Source: Eledone cirrhosa (taxonomy: Eukaryota). Taken from it: a DNA stretch of 64,000 bases. The DNA lies in assembly GCA_964016885.1 (NCBI GenBank), contig OZ024740.1:163060001-163124000 (forward strand). Reading direction: 5' to 3'. Position 1 is the first letter of the stretch. Every line of letters starts with the position of its first letter. The position numbers and the translations under genes are program-made. Shown here piece after piece: positions 14,485-32,981 of the stretch. A model generated the notes under the pieces. The model was not told the DNA's origin, ran no database searches, and saw only the letters and a program-made list of their open reading frames with translations.

Positions 14485-14595
14485 ATTTTACGATTGTTTC
14501 TGGGGGGTAGTTCCCCATATGTCCATTCTATTATTGATCTATGTAAAATATCATAGTAAGAAAATATACATACGTCTTCACTACCCGCCGTCTTC
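14485..14595 (-). ncRNA. Hammerhead relic with large stem II insert, 5' end lost
   Basis: GAAGA-C-GGCGGGTAGT...ACTACCCCCC-A-GAAA-CAATCG-TA-AAATA. Confidence 0.5.
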
Positions 14596-14624
14596 TTTAT
14601 ATATTATATATATATATATAATAT

Positions 14625-14792
14625 AAAACGAAAAATTAGTGATGCATCTGAACTCAATCTATTGTGTGTTACAATTGTTTCGCCGGCAGACAGCTCGAGA
14701 CACGAATCAGACAGATCCACAAAATGATTGTGTCTCGAGCTGTCTGCCGGCTAAACAATTGAGTTCAGATGCATCACTGATTTTTCGTTTTA
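14625..14792. repeat. Fold-back inverted repeat containing a hammerhead 3' half
   Basis: Arms aaaacgaaaaattagtgatgcatctgaactcaat and ccggcagacagctcgagacac are reverse-complemented; GAAACAATTGTA on minus strand. Confidence 0.8.
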
Positions 14793-14895
14793 CATTATAT
14801 CACACTCTGCTCTGTAAGAACATAGAGTGCTCAACCGGCATACTGCCTATGGAAGCATCTTAGCTACCATCAGACACACACACACATATATATAT

Positions 14896-14938
<43 letters not shown>

Positions 14939-15019
14939 AACAAGTAGGACCCCGACAGCTGAGTGTCCAGAATTAGCCGTCGAAACGGCTTGAGCTCAGC
15001 CATCGGGGTCTTACTTGTT

Positions 15020-15900
15020 CCTATGGGTCTCCCCACTCCCATATTGTCATAGGCGTTGAGTAAAGTATCTTTAAATCTGTTACTGGCTGAGGGTTCTTAC
15101 AGCTTCCAGATCTTTCTTCTCCAGGTTGCCTTCTGTTTCCAAGTTCGTCTAGTTTTGACAGCGAGGTTGCTGACAACCAAGTTATGTTGGGAGGTACATT
15201 CCTCACTAGGGAAGGTTTTTGTGTTTACGACCGTCCATTTGTCACGTCCTCTGATGAGGATAAAATCTATCTGACTAGAATGCTTCCCTGATCTATAGGT
15301 GATCAGGTGGTTGTTGGGTTTTTTGAAGTTTGTGTTACATATTGACATGTCATTGGCGTCGCAGAATTCTAGAAGCCTGAATCCTTCTTCATTTCTTGTG
15401 CCAAACCCGTGGCCTCCATCGATCTATGGAAGCCGCCATGGTGTTTACCAACATGTCCATTGAAATATCCTGCAATGATTAGGAAGTCATTGTCGCTTGT
15501 TAGGGCTGAAGTGTGCATTAGGGACTCGTAAAACTATCCTTAAGTTTGTCTGACAACCCCGATTGGGGTGCGTAAGCTGATATTATTGTGGTAATTGTTT
15601 TATTCAGGACTAGTCTGAGTTTAATGATTCTTTCATTCACCCTGTTCACTGAGATTACCTTATCTACCCATTTGTCAGCTAATAGTATACTTACCCCTCC
15701 CATCCCGTTGTCATTTCCCTTCCAGAAAAATTTGTAGTATTGACTTTTGCCTACGAGGACTCTAGCGGACTCTCCTCTCCTTGCACACAGCATACATCAA
15801 TTTCCTTTCGCTCTAGCATCTCTACAATTTCTCCTGCTCTTCCTTTCATTGTGCTTTCATTGATGGTTCCAACTCAGAGTTTTGGTAATTTGCCATCACT
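15020..15900 (-). mobile_element. RTE APE-endonuclease fragment, degraded
   Basis: ISAYAPQ, NTNFKK, SQIDFIL and SQHNLV motifs; homologous to 61770-62570. Confidence 0.85.
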
Positions 15901-16174
15901 CGTACAATGTGTTAAAAAATTTTTTTTTTTGGGGGGGGGGGGGGGGGCTGTATGCAACCTGTCTCTGGATTGAAGCTTTGCATCAGTGTTTGGTAGCCTG
16001 CGGATTCATATTCATTTATTAATTTGGGGTTGTTCCATTTATCCCCAGCTCATCTATAGATATCAGTAAGGAGTTATTAGTATTTAGTGCAGGGCTAGAA
16101 GGACAGTAGTAATAGTAATGGCAGAGTTTGTTGGGGCTGGTAAGGTCTAGAAGGACAGTAGTAGTAGTAATGGA

Positions 16175-16760
16175 TGTGAGACATGGACCCTGTACAGAAG
16201 GCACCTGAAGCAGCTGGAACGGTTCCACATGTGCAGCCTGTGGTCAATCATGAACATCAAATGGCTGACAAGGTCTCCAACCTTGAAGTTCTTGACATGA
16301 CTGAGACAACCAGTGTCGATGCTATGATACTGAAGAGCTGGCTTCGATGGGTGGGGCATGTCATCCGGATGGACGATCACAGGTCTCTGAAGCAAATGAT
16401 GTATGGGGAAACGAAAGCAGGGCAGGCCTCTCAAGAGGTTCAAAGACTGTGTGAAGTCCAGCAGCAACAACACTGGAATCGCTCCAAAACAACTCAAGTC
16501 CCATGCTCAGGACAGGACTGAGTGGCGAGCCCTTACCAGATGCGCCAGAGACTCTTTTGAAGAGAAGAGACGGGCAGAGGTCACTGAGGCCCGTGAAAGG
16601 AGGAGAAAGGCATCAGCACCTGCCCCAAGTAACTCCGGTCTCTTCCCCTGCCCCCACATCTGTAAGTCAAGAATTGGCCTCCACAGCCACCTTCACGCTT
16701 ACGGCAGACGGGAACAACAATGAAGAAGATGTCATCATCATTTACGATGGACAACCAAGA
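16175..16760 (+). mobile_element. BovB-type RTE 3' fragment with C2H2 finger
   Basis: LRWVGHVIRM, GRPLKRFKD, FPCPH..CKSRIGLHSH. Confidence 0.8.
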
Positions 16761-16992
16761 TACACCTTATCAAAGGCCTTCTCTAGGTCAACAAAAGCTA
16801 AGTATAGTTGCTTATTGTTCTCTAAGAACCTCTCTTGTAGTTGTCTCACTAAGAAGTGGTTGATAGCTTCCGGTACCTAGGCGATCAGATTAGCATGGGA
16901 ACAGGGTGTTCCGAGGCCATGGTATCTTGAATAAGGACGGGTTGGAAGAAGTTTAGGGAGTTGCTTCCTCTGTTGACAAAGAAGGGTTTCTA
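16761..16992. mobile_element. Two short RTE RT fragments in opposite orientation
   Basis: [10 protein letters not shown] (minus) then SFRYLGD..RTGWKKF (plus). Confidence 0.75.
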
Positions 16993-17025
<33 letters not shown>

Positions 17026-17240
17026 GGGATAACAAATTATCGTTATAGGTAATCCAGTTAGAGCTTGTGAGTACTCCGTATTGTGGCTAGTTTTAACGTA
17101 CGGCGTTGTTTGACTCAACAAGGTTTCCTTAGTTAGGTGGCAAGTTCTCGGGAATTCCTATGCAGGTTCATCTTGAAGTAATAATAGTGAAAGAGTGAAG
17201 AATAACATGGTCAACAGTACAAAAAGGGTTTTATTTACAG

Positions 17241-17345
17241 TATTAACAATTGTTTCATTGATTAGGGTGTCTAAAAATTGCTAATCACTTGAAGTTGTGT
17301 CACTCAATTTCAAATACATGTATGCCTAATCAAATCATCGGAATA
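17241..17345 (-). ncRNA. Hammerhead with large stem II insert in a pseudo-LTR (about 17026-17371)
   Basis: TATT-CCGATGA-T-TTGATTAGG...CCTAATCAA-T-GAAA-CAATTG-TT-AATA; U4 replaced by C. Confidence 0.65.
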
Positions 17346-17364
17346 TTCCGATGATTTGATTAGG

Positions 17365-17425
<61 letters not shown>

Positions 17426-17426
17426 C

Positions 17427-17461
<35 letters not shown>

Positions 17462-17596
17462 CTATATATATATATATATATACATGTATATATATACGTG
17501 TATATATATATAGTGAAAAATGGAACGGGAAAAAACAGAGAGGCAGTACGAACAAAGGTTTATTAGTTTCACGCTCTTGAGAGTGGGGGGGGGGAG

Positions 17597-17624
17597 GACA
17601 TTTCGGGCATAAACCCTTCTTCAG
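17597..17624 (-). ncRNA. Minimal hammerhead core, stem I lost
   Basis: CTGAAGA-AGGG/tttatg/CCC-GAAA-TG-TC, within an unassigned retroelement-like 3' end at 17512-18240. Confidence 0.55.
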
Positions 17625-18239
17625 GCGAAAAGTGGTTGGGAAGAGAGTTCCGAGGGTGTGTAGGGGAGTGGAGGAGAGACATTTAGAAAAAAGGGAGGGG
17701 GAGGGAGGAAAAACGGTGAAAAGGGTACAAATAAAAATAAAAAAATAAAAAATAAACATGAAGATAAACAAGTGGTGGAAGGGTATGGGGCGTGTATGGG
17801 TGGAGGCGGGTGGAGTGGGGAGAGGGAGGCGGAGTGTCCGAGCGGGGAGGGCTGAAGGTGGTGTATGTGTGTAGGTGTACGTGTGTGTGTGTATGTGAGA
17901 GTTGGGGGAAGAACGAGGTTCCATGTTCAGGTAAAGGTGTGTGTGTGGGGTGGTGTGTAGGTCGGTGTGTGTGCGCATGTAGATGGAGAGGGGTCAGAGG
18001 GGTGGGGAGGAGGTGAGAGGATTCCGGAGGCTGAGTGTGTATATATGTGGGGGTACGCACATGTGTGTGGTGTTTATACGTTTTGAGGATGTAAGTGGCG
18101 TGTTTCAAAAAAAAATGTTTGTGAGTGTACGTCCGTGGGTAAGTTCCTAAGGTAGTTCCGTAGAGGGTGTGAAGAGTTGCCGGATATTTTCCATGTGGTG
18201 GAGTAGATAGTGGGAACGATGGCCAATGGTGTGTAATCC

Positions 18240-18240
<1 letters not shown>

Positions 18241-18279
<39 letters not shown>

Positions 18280-18344
18280 TCATCATCATATATATGTATA
18301 TATATATATATATATATACATATATATGTATATATATATACATA

Positions 18345-18394
<50 letters not shown>

Positions 18395-18459
18395 TATGTA
18401 TATATATACATATATATGTATATATATACATATATATGTATATATATATATATGTATAC

Positions 18460-18490
<31 letters not shown>

Positions 18491-18498
18491 TATATGTT

Positions 18499-18538
<40 letters not shown>

Positions 18539-18546
18539 CATATATG

Positions 18547-18632
<86 letters not shown>

Positions 18633-18664
18633 CATATATATGTATATATATATACATATATATG

Positions 18665-18698
<34 letters not shown>

Positions 18699-18884
18699 TA
18701 CGTATATATATATATATATATACGTATATATATATATATACATATATATGTATATATATATATATATACATACATATATATACATATATATGTATATATA
18801 TATATATACATATATATGTATATATATGTATATATATATATATATACATATATATGTATATATATATATATATACATATATATG

Positions 18885-18916
<32 letters not shown>

Positions 18917-19206
18917 CATATATATATATATATGTATATATATACATATATATGTATATATATACATATATATGTATATATATACATAGTATACTAGGGA
19001 GAGGATCAGGGGTGTATAACACTCCACTTATCCAACAGGCAGTATAAGGATGAAGCAATGTTAGCAAGTAAAGATATGCATATGCTATAGGCGTTCTTTG
19101 TTATTTATTATATTATATATTATATATATACATATATATGTATATATATATATATATACATATATATGTATATACATATATATGTATATATATATATATA
19201 TACATA

Positions 19207-19275
<69 letters not shown>

Positions 19276-19390
19276 GTATATATATATATACACATATATA
19301 TGTATATATACATATATATGTATATATACATATATATGTATATACATTTATATACATACATATATATATATATACATATATATATACATA

Positions 19391-19440
<50 letters not shown>

Positions 19441-19564
19441 CAAATATATGTATATATATATATATACATATATATGTATATATATATACATATATATGTA
19501 TATATATATACATATATATGTATATATATATACATATATATGTATATATATATACATATATATG

Positions 19565-19630
<66 letters not shown>

Positions 19631-19678
19631 CATATATATGTATATATATTTACATATATCTCTATATATATATGTATA

Positions 19679-19716
<38 letters not shown>

Positions 19717-19732
19717 TATATACATATATATG

Positions 19733-19818
<86 letters not shown>

Positions 19819-19937
19819 GTAATAATAATAAATTTCAAGACTAAAATCCAAAGATTGTTAGTTTCAGAAGATCCCGTTAAGGGTGAAAGCAGCGATTCTT
19901 TGCTTAAACTTCAATCTGTTATTTTAATAAATATATA

Positions 19938-19973
<36 letters not shown>

Positions 19974-20033
19974 TGTATGTATGTATGTATGTATGTATGT
20001 ATGTATGTATGTATGTATGTATGTATGTATGTA

Positions 20034-20111
<78 letters not shown>

Positions 20112-20175
20112 TATATATATACATATATGTATATATATAAACATATATGTATATATATATACATATATATATACA

Positions 20176-20209
<34 letters not shown>

Positions 20210-20211
20210 CA

Positions 20212-20260
<49 letters not shown>

Positions 20261-20273
20261 ACATATATATATA

Positions 20274-20319
<46 letters not shown>

Positions 20320-20320
20320 C

Positions 20321-20354
<34 letters not shown>

Positions 20355-20429
20355 GTACATATATATATACATATATGTACATATATATATATATACGTAT
20401 ATGTATATGTATATATATATATATACATA
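18241..20429. repeat. Compound TA/TATG arrays with two short unique islands
   Basis: Direct reading; islands at 18988-19110 and 19818-19930. Confidence 0.9.
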
Positions 20430-21731
20430 CCGGGTGCGGATGATATCTGTTCGCAAGATTACTGTCTATGAAAAAATCACAGTAGTTTTATTTTTTAAGA
20501 TATATTTATCAAACTTGGGTCAGTTTCTCTTCATGACTTGTTCTTTCGATCTCACTTGATAAACCCGCCATTGGTTTTGATGACGGCCTCAAGGCGGCCT
20601 CGGAACCGGCTACAGGCCTTCGTCACTGTTCCCCGACTTAGGCCCCTAAAGGCACTTGTAATCCTGGCCTTCAGATCATCTTTCGTATTACAGCTAGATC
20701 TGTTAGTGTCTCATTCTACTGCGCCCGACACAAAGAAGAAGAATGGGTTGCAGTCAGGTGAGCTGGGAGGCCAGATGTCAGGTGAAGTGTGGTCGACGAA
20801 GTTCTCTGACAGCCAGGCTTGAGTCTTTCGGCTGGTATGGCAGGGCACTGAGTCTTGCTGCCACACGTACGGCCTACCTGCAGCTACCTGGTCGATCCAG
20901 GGCTTTACTACCTTGCTCAGAACACGGATGTAGCCATCGGTGTTCAGCTTGAGGCCCTCAGGGAAGAAGTGAGGTGGCATGAAGTCACCTTGACTGCTGA
21001 TGAGACCTAAGACCAATGTTGTCGCTGGAAACTTTATCTGCATGACTCTGGGCATGTCTTTGGATGAGACAGCGAGCCGCCTTTTGATCTGGGAGTTGAT
21101 CTGGTCTTGGCAGAAGTTTTTCTCGTCGTAGAAAAATCACAACATGTCTGGCTCCAGTGGGTGTCTCAACATGTTGATCAGCTTCTTAGCATGCTTCAGT
21201 CGCTTTTCTTGCATCGCCTTTGACAGAAATTGTCCTTTCCTCATCTTGTATGAAATGTAGCGAATGTCTTCATGTACCACCAGCCTAATGAGCTTTTCAT
21301 CCACGCCTTTCTCCCTTGCAATGGCACAAATCGAATTGCTAGGTTCATTGTTGATGATATCCCGAACTTCAGTGACGAACTGGGGCATTCTGAAGGCGTC
21401 AGATCGTCGATCATGTTTTCCTCTCTGATGTTGCTTCGTAGTCGAATCCTGAATCTTCCAATTCCTTTCTGACCTTTTCCACCATTCTCCTGCTGACGCT
21501 GAGAAAGTCTGAAATTTCCTTATTTGTCCTCCCGGCGCGGATTCCAAGAAGAACTCCGGGTCTCTTTCACAAATTTGGAGGTGTTCAAAATTATTCATAA
21601 TCAATTATTCTGAAAATAAATAATGTAAATATAGTCACTGTTTTTATGAAGACAAGAGTGACAACGGAAGTAAAAAAAATTTACATAAAATTAGCAGTTG
21701 AAAATTGTGAACAAATATTGTCCACACCCTG
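20430..21731 (-). mobile_element. Tc1/mariner DD37D (maT-like) transposon, disrupted
   Basis: Imperfect 27-bp TIRs C(A/C)GGGTG.GGA..ATAT.TGTTC.CAA at 20430-20456 and 21705-21731; WQQD-x37 with WPPSSPDCNP; TA on the left flank. Confidence 0.9.
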
Positions 21732-21734
21732 CAA

Positions 21735-21811
<77 letters not shown>

Positions 21812-21841
21812 CATATTTATATACATATATGTATATAAATA

Positions 21842-21873
<32 letters not shown>

Positions 21874-21951
21874 CATATTTATATACATATATGTATATAA
21901 ATATATATGTATATATACATATATGTATATATACATATATGTATATAAATA

Positions 21952-22011
<60 letters not shown>

Positions 22012-22030
22012 TATATACATATATATATAC

Positions 22031-22065
<35 letters not shown>

Positions 22066-22083
22066 CATATATATACATATATG

Positions 22084-22117
<34 letters not shown>

Positions 22118-22458
22118 CATATATATATACATATATGTATATAAATATATATGTATATATATACATATATATATACATATATATGTATATATATACATAT
22201 ATATATACATATATGTATATAAATATATATGTATATATATAGATATATGTATATAAATATATATGTATATATATACATATATATATATACATATATGTAT
22301 ATAAATATATATGTATATATATACATATATATATACATATATGTATATAAATATATATGTATATATATATATACATATATATATATACATATATGTATAT
22401 AAATATATATGTATATATATATACATATATGTATATATATATATATATATATACATAT

Positions 22459-23695
22459 ACCAAAGTACTAGTTTGTAGGAAAGAAAACAAGGCGGCGGTC
22501 CCTTCTGGGAAATGGTCGTGCTCGGTGTGTAGGAAAGGCGTAGGTAGAAACTCCATTTTATGTCCTAAATGCAAAGTATGGGTGCATAAAAGATGTAGTG
22601 GGATCACAGGTAGGCTAACTAAGAACATAGATTTTACATGTGGCCGGTGCTCTGGTGCAATAAGTAGCAGCAAGTGCCCACAAACTACTAGCTCTTTCAA
22701 TTGCGCAGAGGGTTCTATAGAAATAGTGGACAGCTTCCGTTACCTGGGCGATAAAATCAGCAGTGGGGGAGGGTGCTCTGAAAGTACTGTAGCTAGAGTC
22801 AGAACTGGTTGGAAAAAGTTCAGAGAGCTTATACCACTATTAGCTGCTAAAGGGTTCTCACTAAAAATGAAAGGCAGGTTGTACGATGCCTGCATACGAA
22901 CAGCAATGCTGCATGGCAGTGAGACCTGGGCATTGTGTGCAGAGGATATACGCAGACTAGAGAGGAACGAAGCTTGCATGCTCCGCTGGATGTGTAACAG
23001 TAATATACGTGAACGGCAAAGCATAAACGAACTAAGGAATAAATTAGAGATAAGAGGGATCAGATGTTGTTTACTCGAGAGAAGGCTACGTTGGTATGGA
23101 CACGTGATGCGCATGAAAGTCGATAGCTGTATAACAAAGTGCAGGGCAATAAAGATAGACGGTAGTCACGGAATAGGCAGACCTAGAAAAACCTGGGACG
23201 AGCTGATAAACTCCGACATCACACACTTACACCTCTCCAAGACAATGTCACTGGACCGAGACCTTTGGCGGTACTCAGTAACAGAGAAGACCCGCCTTAC
23301 CTAAATATATAGTAAAACCTACTCCAGCCAGTAGGCATCTCTAACAAATACACCCCGTCCCACCACCCCCCACCCGATCCACACCACCCCGTTCTATGTA
23401 AAGTTATGTTGGTGCCGCGCCATCGAGGCCGAAACAAATGAGATCGTGTAGGTGTCACGACAAAAAAACACACAGTCCACGCTGTAATGTGGCCGTGTAG
23501 GCAACACGGTAAAAACCTCCAGACCCACACTGTAAATGTGGTTGGTGTTAGGAAGGGCATCCAACTGTAGAAAACCTGCCAGACAGTCCTATGCGAGCAA
23601 GACAATCACTCTTGCCTCAAGTGGGACTACCCCCGTCCAAACCCATGCAAGCGTGGAACACGGACGTTAAACGCTGATGATGATGATGATGATGA
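22459..23695 (+). mobile_element. RTE subfamily B, 5'-truncated at the PHD finger
   Basis: ORF to 23304; 3' UTR; (GAT)n. Confidence 0.95.
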
Positions 23696-23763
23696 TATAT
23701 ATATATATATACATATATATGTATATATATACATATATGTATATATATATATACATATATGTA

Positions 23764-23817
<54 letters not shown>

Positions 23818-23949
23818 TATATGTATATATATATATGTATATATATATATGTATATATATCTATATACATATATGTATAATATATATATATACATATGTA
23901 TATATATATATATGTATATATATCTATATACATATATATATATATATAT

Positions 23950-25072
<1,123 letters not shown>

Positions 25073-25237
25073 CATACATACATATATATATATATACATA
25101 CATACATACATATATATATACATACATACATATATATAAAAATACATACATACATACATATATATATATATACATACATACATACATATATATATATATA
25201 TACATACATACATATATATATATACATACATATATAT

Positions 25238-25296
<59 letters not shown>

Positions 25297-25309
25297 CATA
25301 CATATATAT

Positions 25310-25340
<31 letters not shown>

Positions 25341-25374
25341 CATACATACATATATATATATACATACATACATA

Positions 25375-25430
<56 letters not shown>

Positions 25431-25481
25431 CACACATACATACATACATACATATATATATATACATACATACATATATAT

Positions 25482-25560
<79 letters not shown>

Positions 25561-25641
25561 CATACATACATACATATATATATATATATACATACATATA
25601 TATATATATATATACACATACATACATACATATATATATAT

Positions 25642-25676
<35 letters not shown>

Positions 25677-25761
25677 CATACATACATACATATATATATA
25701 CATACATACATACATACATATATACATACATACATACATATATATATATACATACATACAT

Positions 25762-26512
<751 letters not shown>

Positions 26513-26515
26513 CAC

Positions 26516-26546
<31 letters not shown>

Positions 26547-26559
26547 CATACATACATAC

Positions 26560-26590
<31 letters not shown>

Positions 26591-26713
26591 CACATACATA
26601 CATACATATATATACATATATATATATATATACACATACATACATATATATATATACATATATATACATATATGTATACATATATACATATATATATATA
26701 CATATATATATAA

Positions 26714-26745
<32 letters not shown>

Positions 26746-27055
26746 ATACATACATATATATATATATACATATATATATACATATACACATATATAGACA
26801 TATATATATATATACACATATATATATACATATATATACATATATATATACATATAAATATACATATATACACATATATATACATATATATACATACATA
26901 CACATATATAATATATACATATATATACATACATACACATATAAATATACATATATACACATATATATACATATATATACATACATACACATATATATAA
27001 TACATATATATACATACATACACATATATATATACATATATATACATACATACAC

Positions 27056-27099
<44 letters not shown>

Positions 27100-27196
27100 C
27101 ATACACATGTATATATATATATATATATACATACATACACATGTATATATATATATATACATACATACACATGTATATATATATATATACATACAT

Positions 27197-27475
27197 ACCA
27201 GTCTCACACTGTAAATGTGGTTGGTGTTAGGAAGGGCATTCAGCTGTAGAAAACCTGCCAGACAGTCCACGCTGTAATGTGGCCGTGTAGGCAACACGGT
27301 AAAAACCTCCCAGCCGCACCCTGTAAATGTGGTTGGTGTTAGGAAGGGCATCCAACTGTAGAAAACCCGCCAGACAGTCCTATGCGAGCAAGGCAACCAC
27401 TCTTGCCTCAAGTGGGAAAACTCCCGTCCAAACCGATGCAAGCATGGAACACGGACGTTAAACGATGATGATGAT
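27197..27475 (+). mobile_element. RTE subfamily B 3' UTR with internal duplication of about 60 bp
   Basis: ctgtaaatgtggttggtgttaggaaggg occurs twice. Confidence 0.85.
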
Positions 27476-27721
27476 ACATACACATGTATATATATATACA
27501 TACACATGTATATATATATATATACATACATACATATATATATATACATACATATATATATATATATCCATATATACATATATATATACATACATATATA
27601 CATATATATACATACATATATATATACATACATATATATATATACATACATATATATATACATACATATATATATATACATACATATATATATACATACA
27701 TATATATATATACATACATAC

Positions 27722-27754
<33 letters not shown>

Positions 27755-27761
27755 CATACAT

Positions 27762-28172
27762 AGTGGCTGCCAACTCGTTTTCGAGTACGGCCACTACTTT
27801 ATATCCATGTAGGAGAACTCCTACCGATGCGCTGAACGAGTGTGACTTTTTAGTCCAGCCAGCGACTTGAAAACTCTGGTACTAACACTACACTTGTGAC
27901 AATTATTGACACATAGTGCTGGGCCCATGGTACCATGTGACGACGTGCAGAGAGATCTCCAGATATAAAGCAATGCCTGTGCCGTGAAGCTTTTATAGTG
28001 AGCAAAGGCACTGCACAAAGCCAGTCCCACTCTCTTAACCAAGATGATATTTACCAAAAAGAAGAACAAGTCAACATCATTGGATACCATCAGGGTTGCA
28101 GGTGTTATATCAGAGTTTTCCTTCTCCTAGAATTCTGCCTTGACAAAGGCTAAGGGGTCATCTCTCCCGGAA
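27762..28172 (-). mobile_element. Bipartite RTE derivative, copy 2
   Basis: High identity to 25762-26175. Confidence 0.8.
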
Positions 28173-28387
28173 TACATACATACATACATATATACATACA
28201 TATATAAATATATACATATATAAATATAAATATATACATATATAAATATATACATACATACATATATATATACATACATATATATATACATACATATATA
28301 TATACAGACATATATATATACATACATATATATATACATACATATATATATACATACATATTATATATATATATATATATATACATA

Positions 28388-28667
28388 TATCATCATCATC
28401 ATCGTTTAACGTCCATGTTCAACACTTGCATGGGTTTGGACGGGAGTTTCCCACTTGAGACAAGAGTGGTTGTCTTGCTCGCATAGGACTGTCTGGCGGG
28501 TTTTCTACAGCTGGATGCCCTTCCTAACACCAACCACATTTACAGTGTGGGGCTGGGAGGTTTTTACCGTGTTGCCTACACGGCCACATTACAGCGTGGA
28601 CTGTGTGTTTTTTTGTCGTGACACCTACACGATCTCATTTGTTTCGGCCTGGATGTTGTGGCACCAA
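28388..28667 (-). mobile_element. RTE subfamily B 3' UTR
   Basis: Homology to other subfamily B copies. Confidence 0.9.
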
Positions 28668-29057
28668 TATATGTATCTATATACATATATATACATATAT
28701 ATATATATACAAACATATATATATATATATATACAAACATATATATATATATATATACATACAAACATATATATATATATATATATATACAAACATATAT
28801 ATATATATATATATATACAAACATATATATATATATATATATACATACAAACATATATATATATATATATATACAAACATATATATATATATATATATAT
28901 ACAAACATATATATATATATATATATATACAAACATATATATATATACAAACATATACATATATATATATATATATACAAACATACATACATATATATAT
29001 ATATGTATACATATATGTCTATATATATATGTATATATATATGTCTATATATATATG

Positions 29058-30617
<1,560 letters not shown>

Positions 30618-30618
30618 G

Positions 30619-30743
<125 letters not shown>

Positions 30744-30748
30744 GTATA

Positions 30749-30797
<49 letters not shown>

Positions 30798-30798
30798 G

Positions 30799-30848
<50 letters not shown>

Positions 30849-30996
30849 TGCATATATATATATATATACATATATGCATATATATATATATATACATATA
30901 TGCATATATATATATACATATATATATGTATATATATGTATATATATATATAGAAATATATATATACATATATATACATATACATATATGTATAAA

Positions 30997-31036
<40 letters not shown>

Positions 31037-31140
31037 TGTATATATATATATACATATATACATATATGTATATATATATATACATATATATATATACATA
31101 TATATATATATACATATATATATATACATATACATATATG

Positions 31141-31188
<48 letters not shown>

Positions 31189-31417
31189 TGTATATATATA
31201 TATACATATATGTATTTATATACATATATATATATACATATATGTATATATATATATATATATACATATATGTATATATATATATATACATATATGTATA
31301 TATATATATACATATATGTATATATATATATACATATATATATACATGTACATATACATATACATGTATATATATATATATACATATATATATATACATA
31401 TACATATACATATATGT

Positions 31418-31449
<32 letters not shown>

Positions 31450-31500
31450 GTATATATATATATACATATATATATATACATACATGTATATATATATATA

Positions 31501-32370
31501 ACTGGATGGAAAAAGTTCAGAGAGCTTATACCACTATTAGCCGCTAAAGGGTTCACCCTAAAAATGAAAGGCAGGTTGTATGATGCCTGCATACGAACAG
31601 CAATGTTGCATGGCAGTGAGACCTGGGCATTGTGTGCAGAGGATATACGCAGACTAGAGAGGAACGAAGCTTACATGCTCCGCTGGATGTGTAATAGTAA
31701 TATACGTGAACGGCAAAGCAGAAACGAACTAAGGAAAAAATTAGAAATAAGAGGGATCAGATGTTGTTTACTCGAGAGAAGGCTACGGTGGTATGGACAC
31801 GTGATGCGCATCAAAGTCGATAGCTGTATAACAAAGTGCAGAGCAATAAAGATAGACGGTAGCCACGGAATAGGCAGACCCAGAAAAACCTGGGACGAGC
31901 TGATAAACTCCGACCTCACGCACTTACACCTCTCCAAGACAATGTCACTGGACCGAGACCTTTGGTAATAGAGAAGACCCGCCTTACCTAAATACATAGT
32001 AAAACCTACTACAGTCAGTAGGCATCTCTAACAAAATACACCCCCGTCCCACCACTCCCACCCCATCCACAACGTCCCCTTCTATGTAAAGTTCCATCCA
32101 GGCCGAAACAAATGAGATCGTGTAGGTGTCACGACAAAAAACACACAGTCCACGCTGTAATGTGGCCGTGTAGGCAACACGGTAAAAACCTCCCAGACCC
32201 ACACTGTAAATGTGGTTGGTGTTAGGAAGGGCATCCAGCTGTAGAAAACCCGCCAGACAGTCCTATGCGAGCAAGACAATCACTCTTGCCTCAAGTGGGA
32301 AAACCCCCGTCCAAACCCATGCAAGCGTGGAACATGGACGTTAAACGTCGATGATGATGATGATGATGAT
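31501..32370 (+). mobile_element. RTE subfamily B, 5'-truncated
   Basis: TGWKKF...DRDLW, 3' UTR, (GAT)n. Confidence 0.95.
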
Positions 32371-32382
32371 ACATATAAATAT

Positions 32383-32413
<31 letters not shown>

Positions 32414-32482
32414 CATATAAATATACATATACATACATATAAATATACATATATGTATATATATATACATATAAATATACAT

Positions 32483-32689
32483 ATCATCATCATCACCACT
32501 CGTTGACTACTGTCGAGATGATGGATCCCACTCTCATGCCCCAGAATCCCCTGTACCCCGTCCCTGCTGCCCCCAGGTCCTGCCTGCTGATTCCCGTATC
32601 CCTAGAGATAACGTCAGGGAATGACAGCTTCCTACTCCTAGTCAGGCTGGAGTCAGGGTTCCAGAGCAAGAGAGCGGATATGATTTCAT
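32483..32689 (-). mobile_element. 3' end of a different RTE-like LINE
   Basis: [21 protein letters not shown] and (GAT)n tail. Confidence 0.6.
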
Positions 32690-32752
32690 ATACATATATA
32701 TATATATATACATATATGTATATATATATATATATATATACATATATGTATA

Positions 32753-32788
<36 letters not shown>

Positions 32789-32802
32789 CATATATGTATA
32801 TA

Positions 32803-32838
<36 letters not shown>

Positions 32839-32915
32839 CATATATGTATATATATATATATATATACATATATGTATATATACATATATGTATATATATA
32901 TATACATATATATAC

Positions 32916-32962
<47 letters not shown>

Positions 32963-32981
32963 TGTATATATATATATACAT

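Noticed and set aside
19865-19895. CAGAAGA-T-CCC/gttaa/GGG-T-GAAA
   Set aside because: Possible relic, but U4 is lost and stems I and III do not pair.
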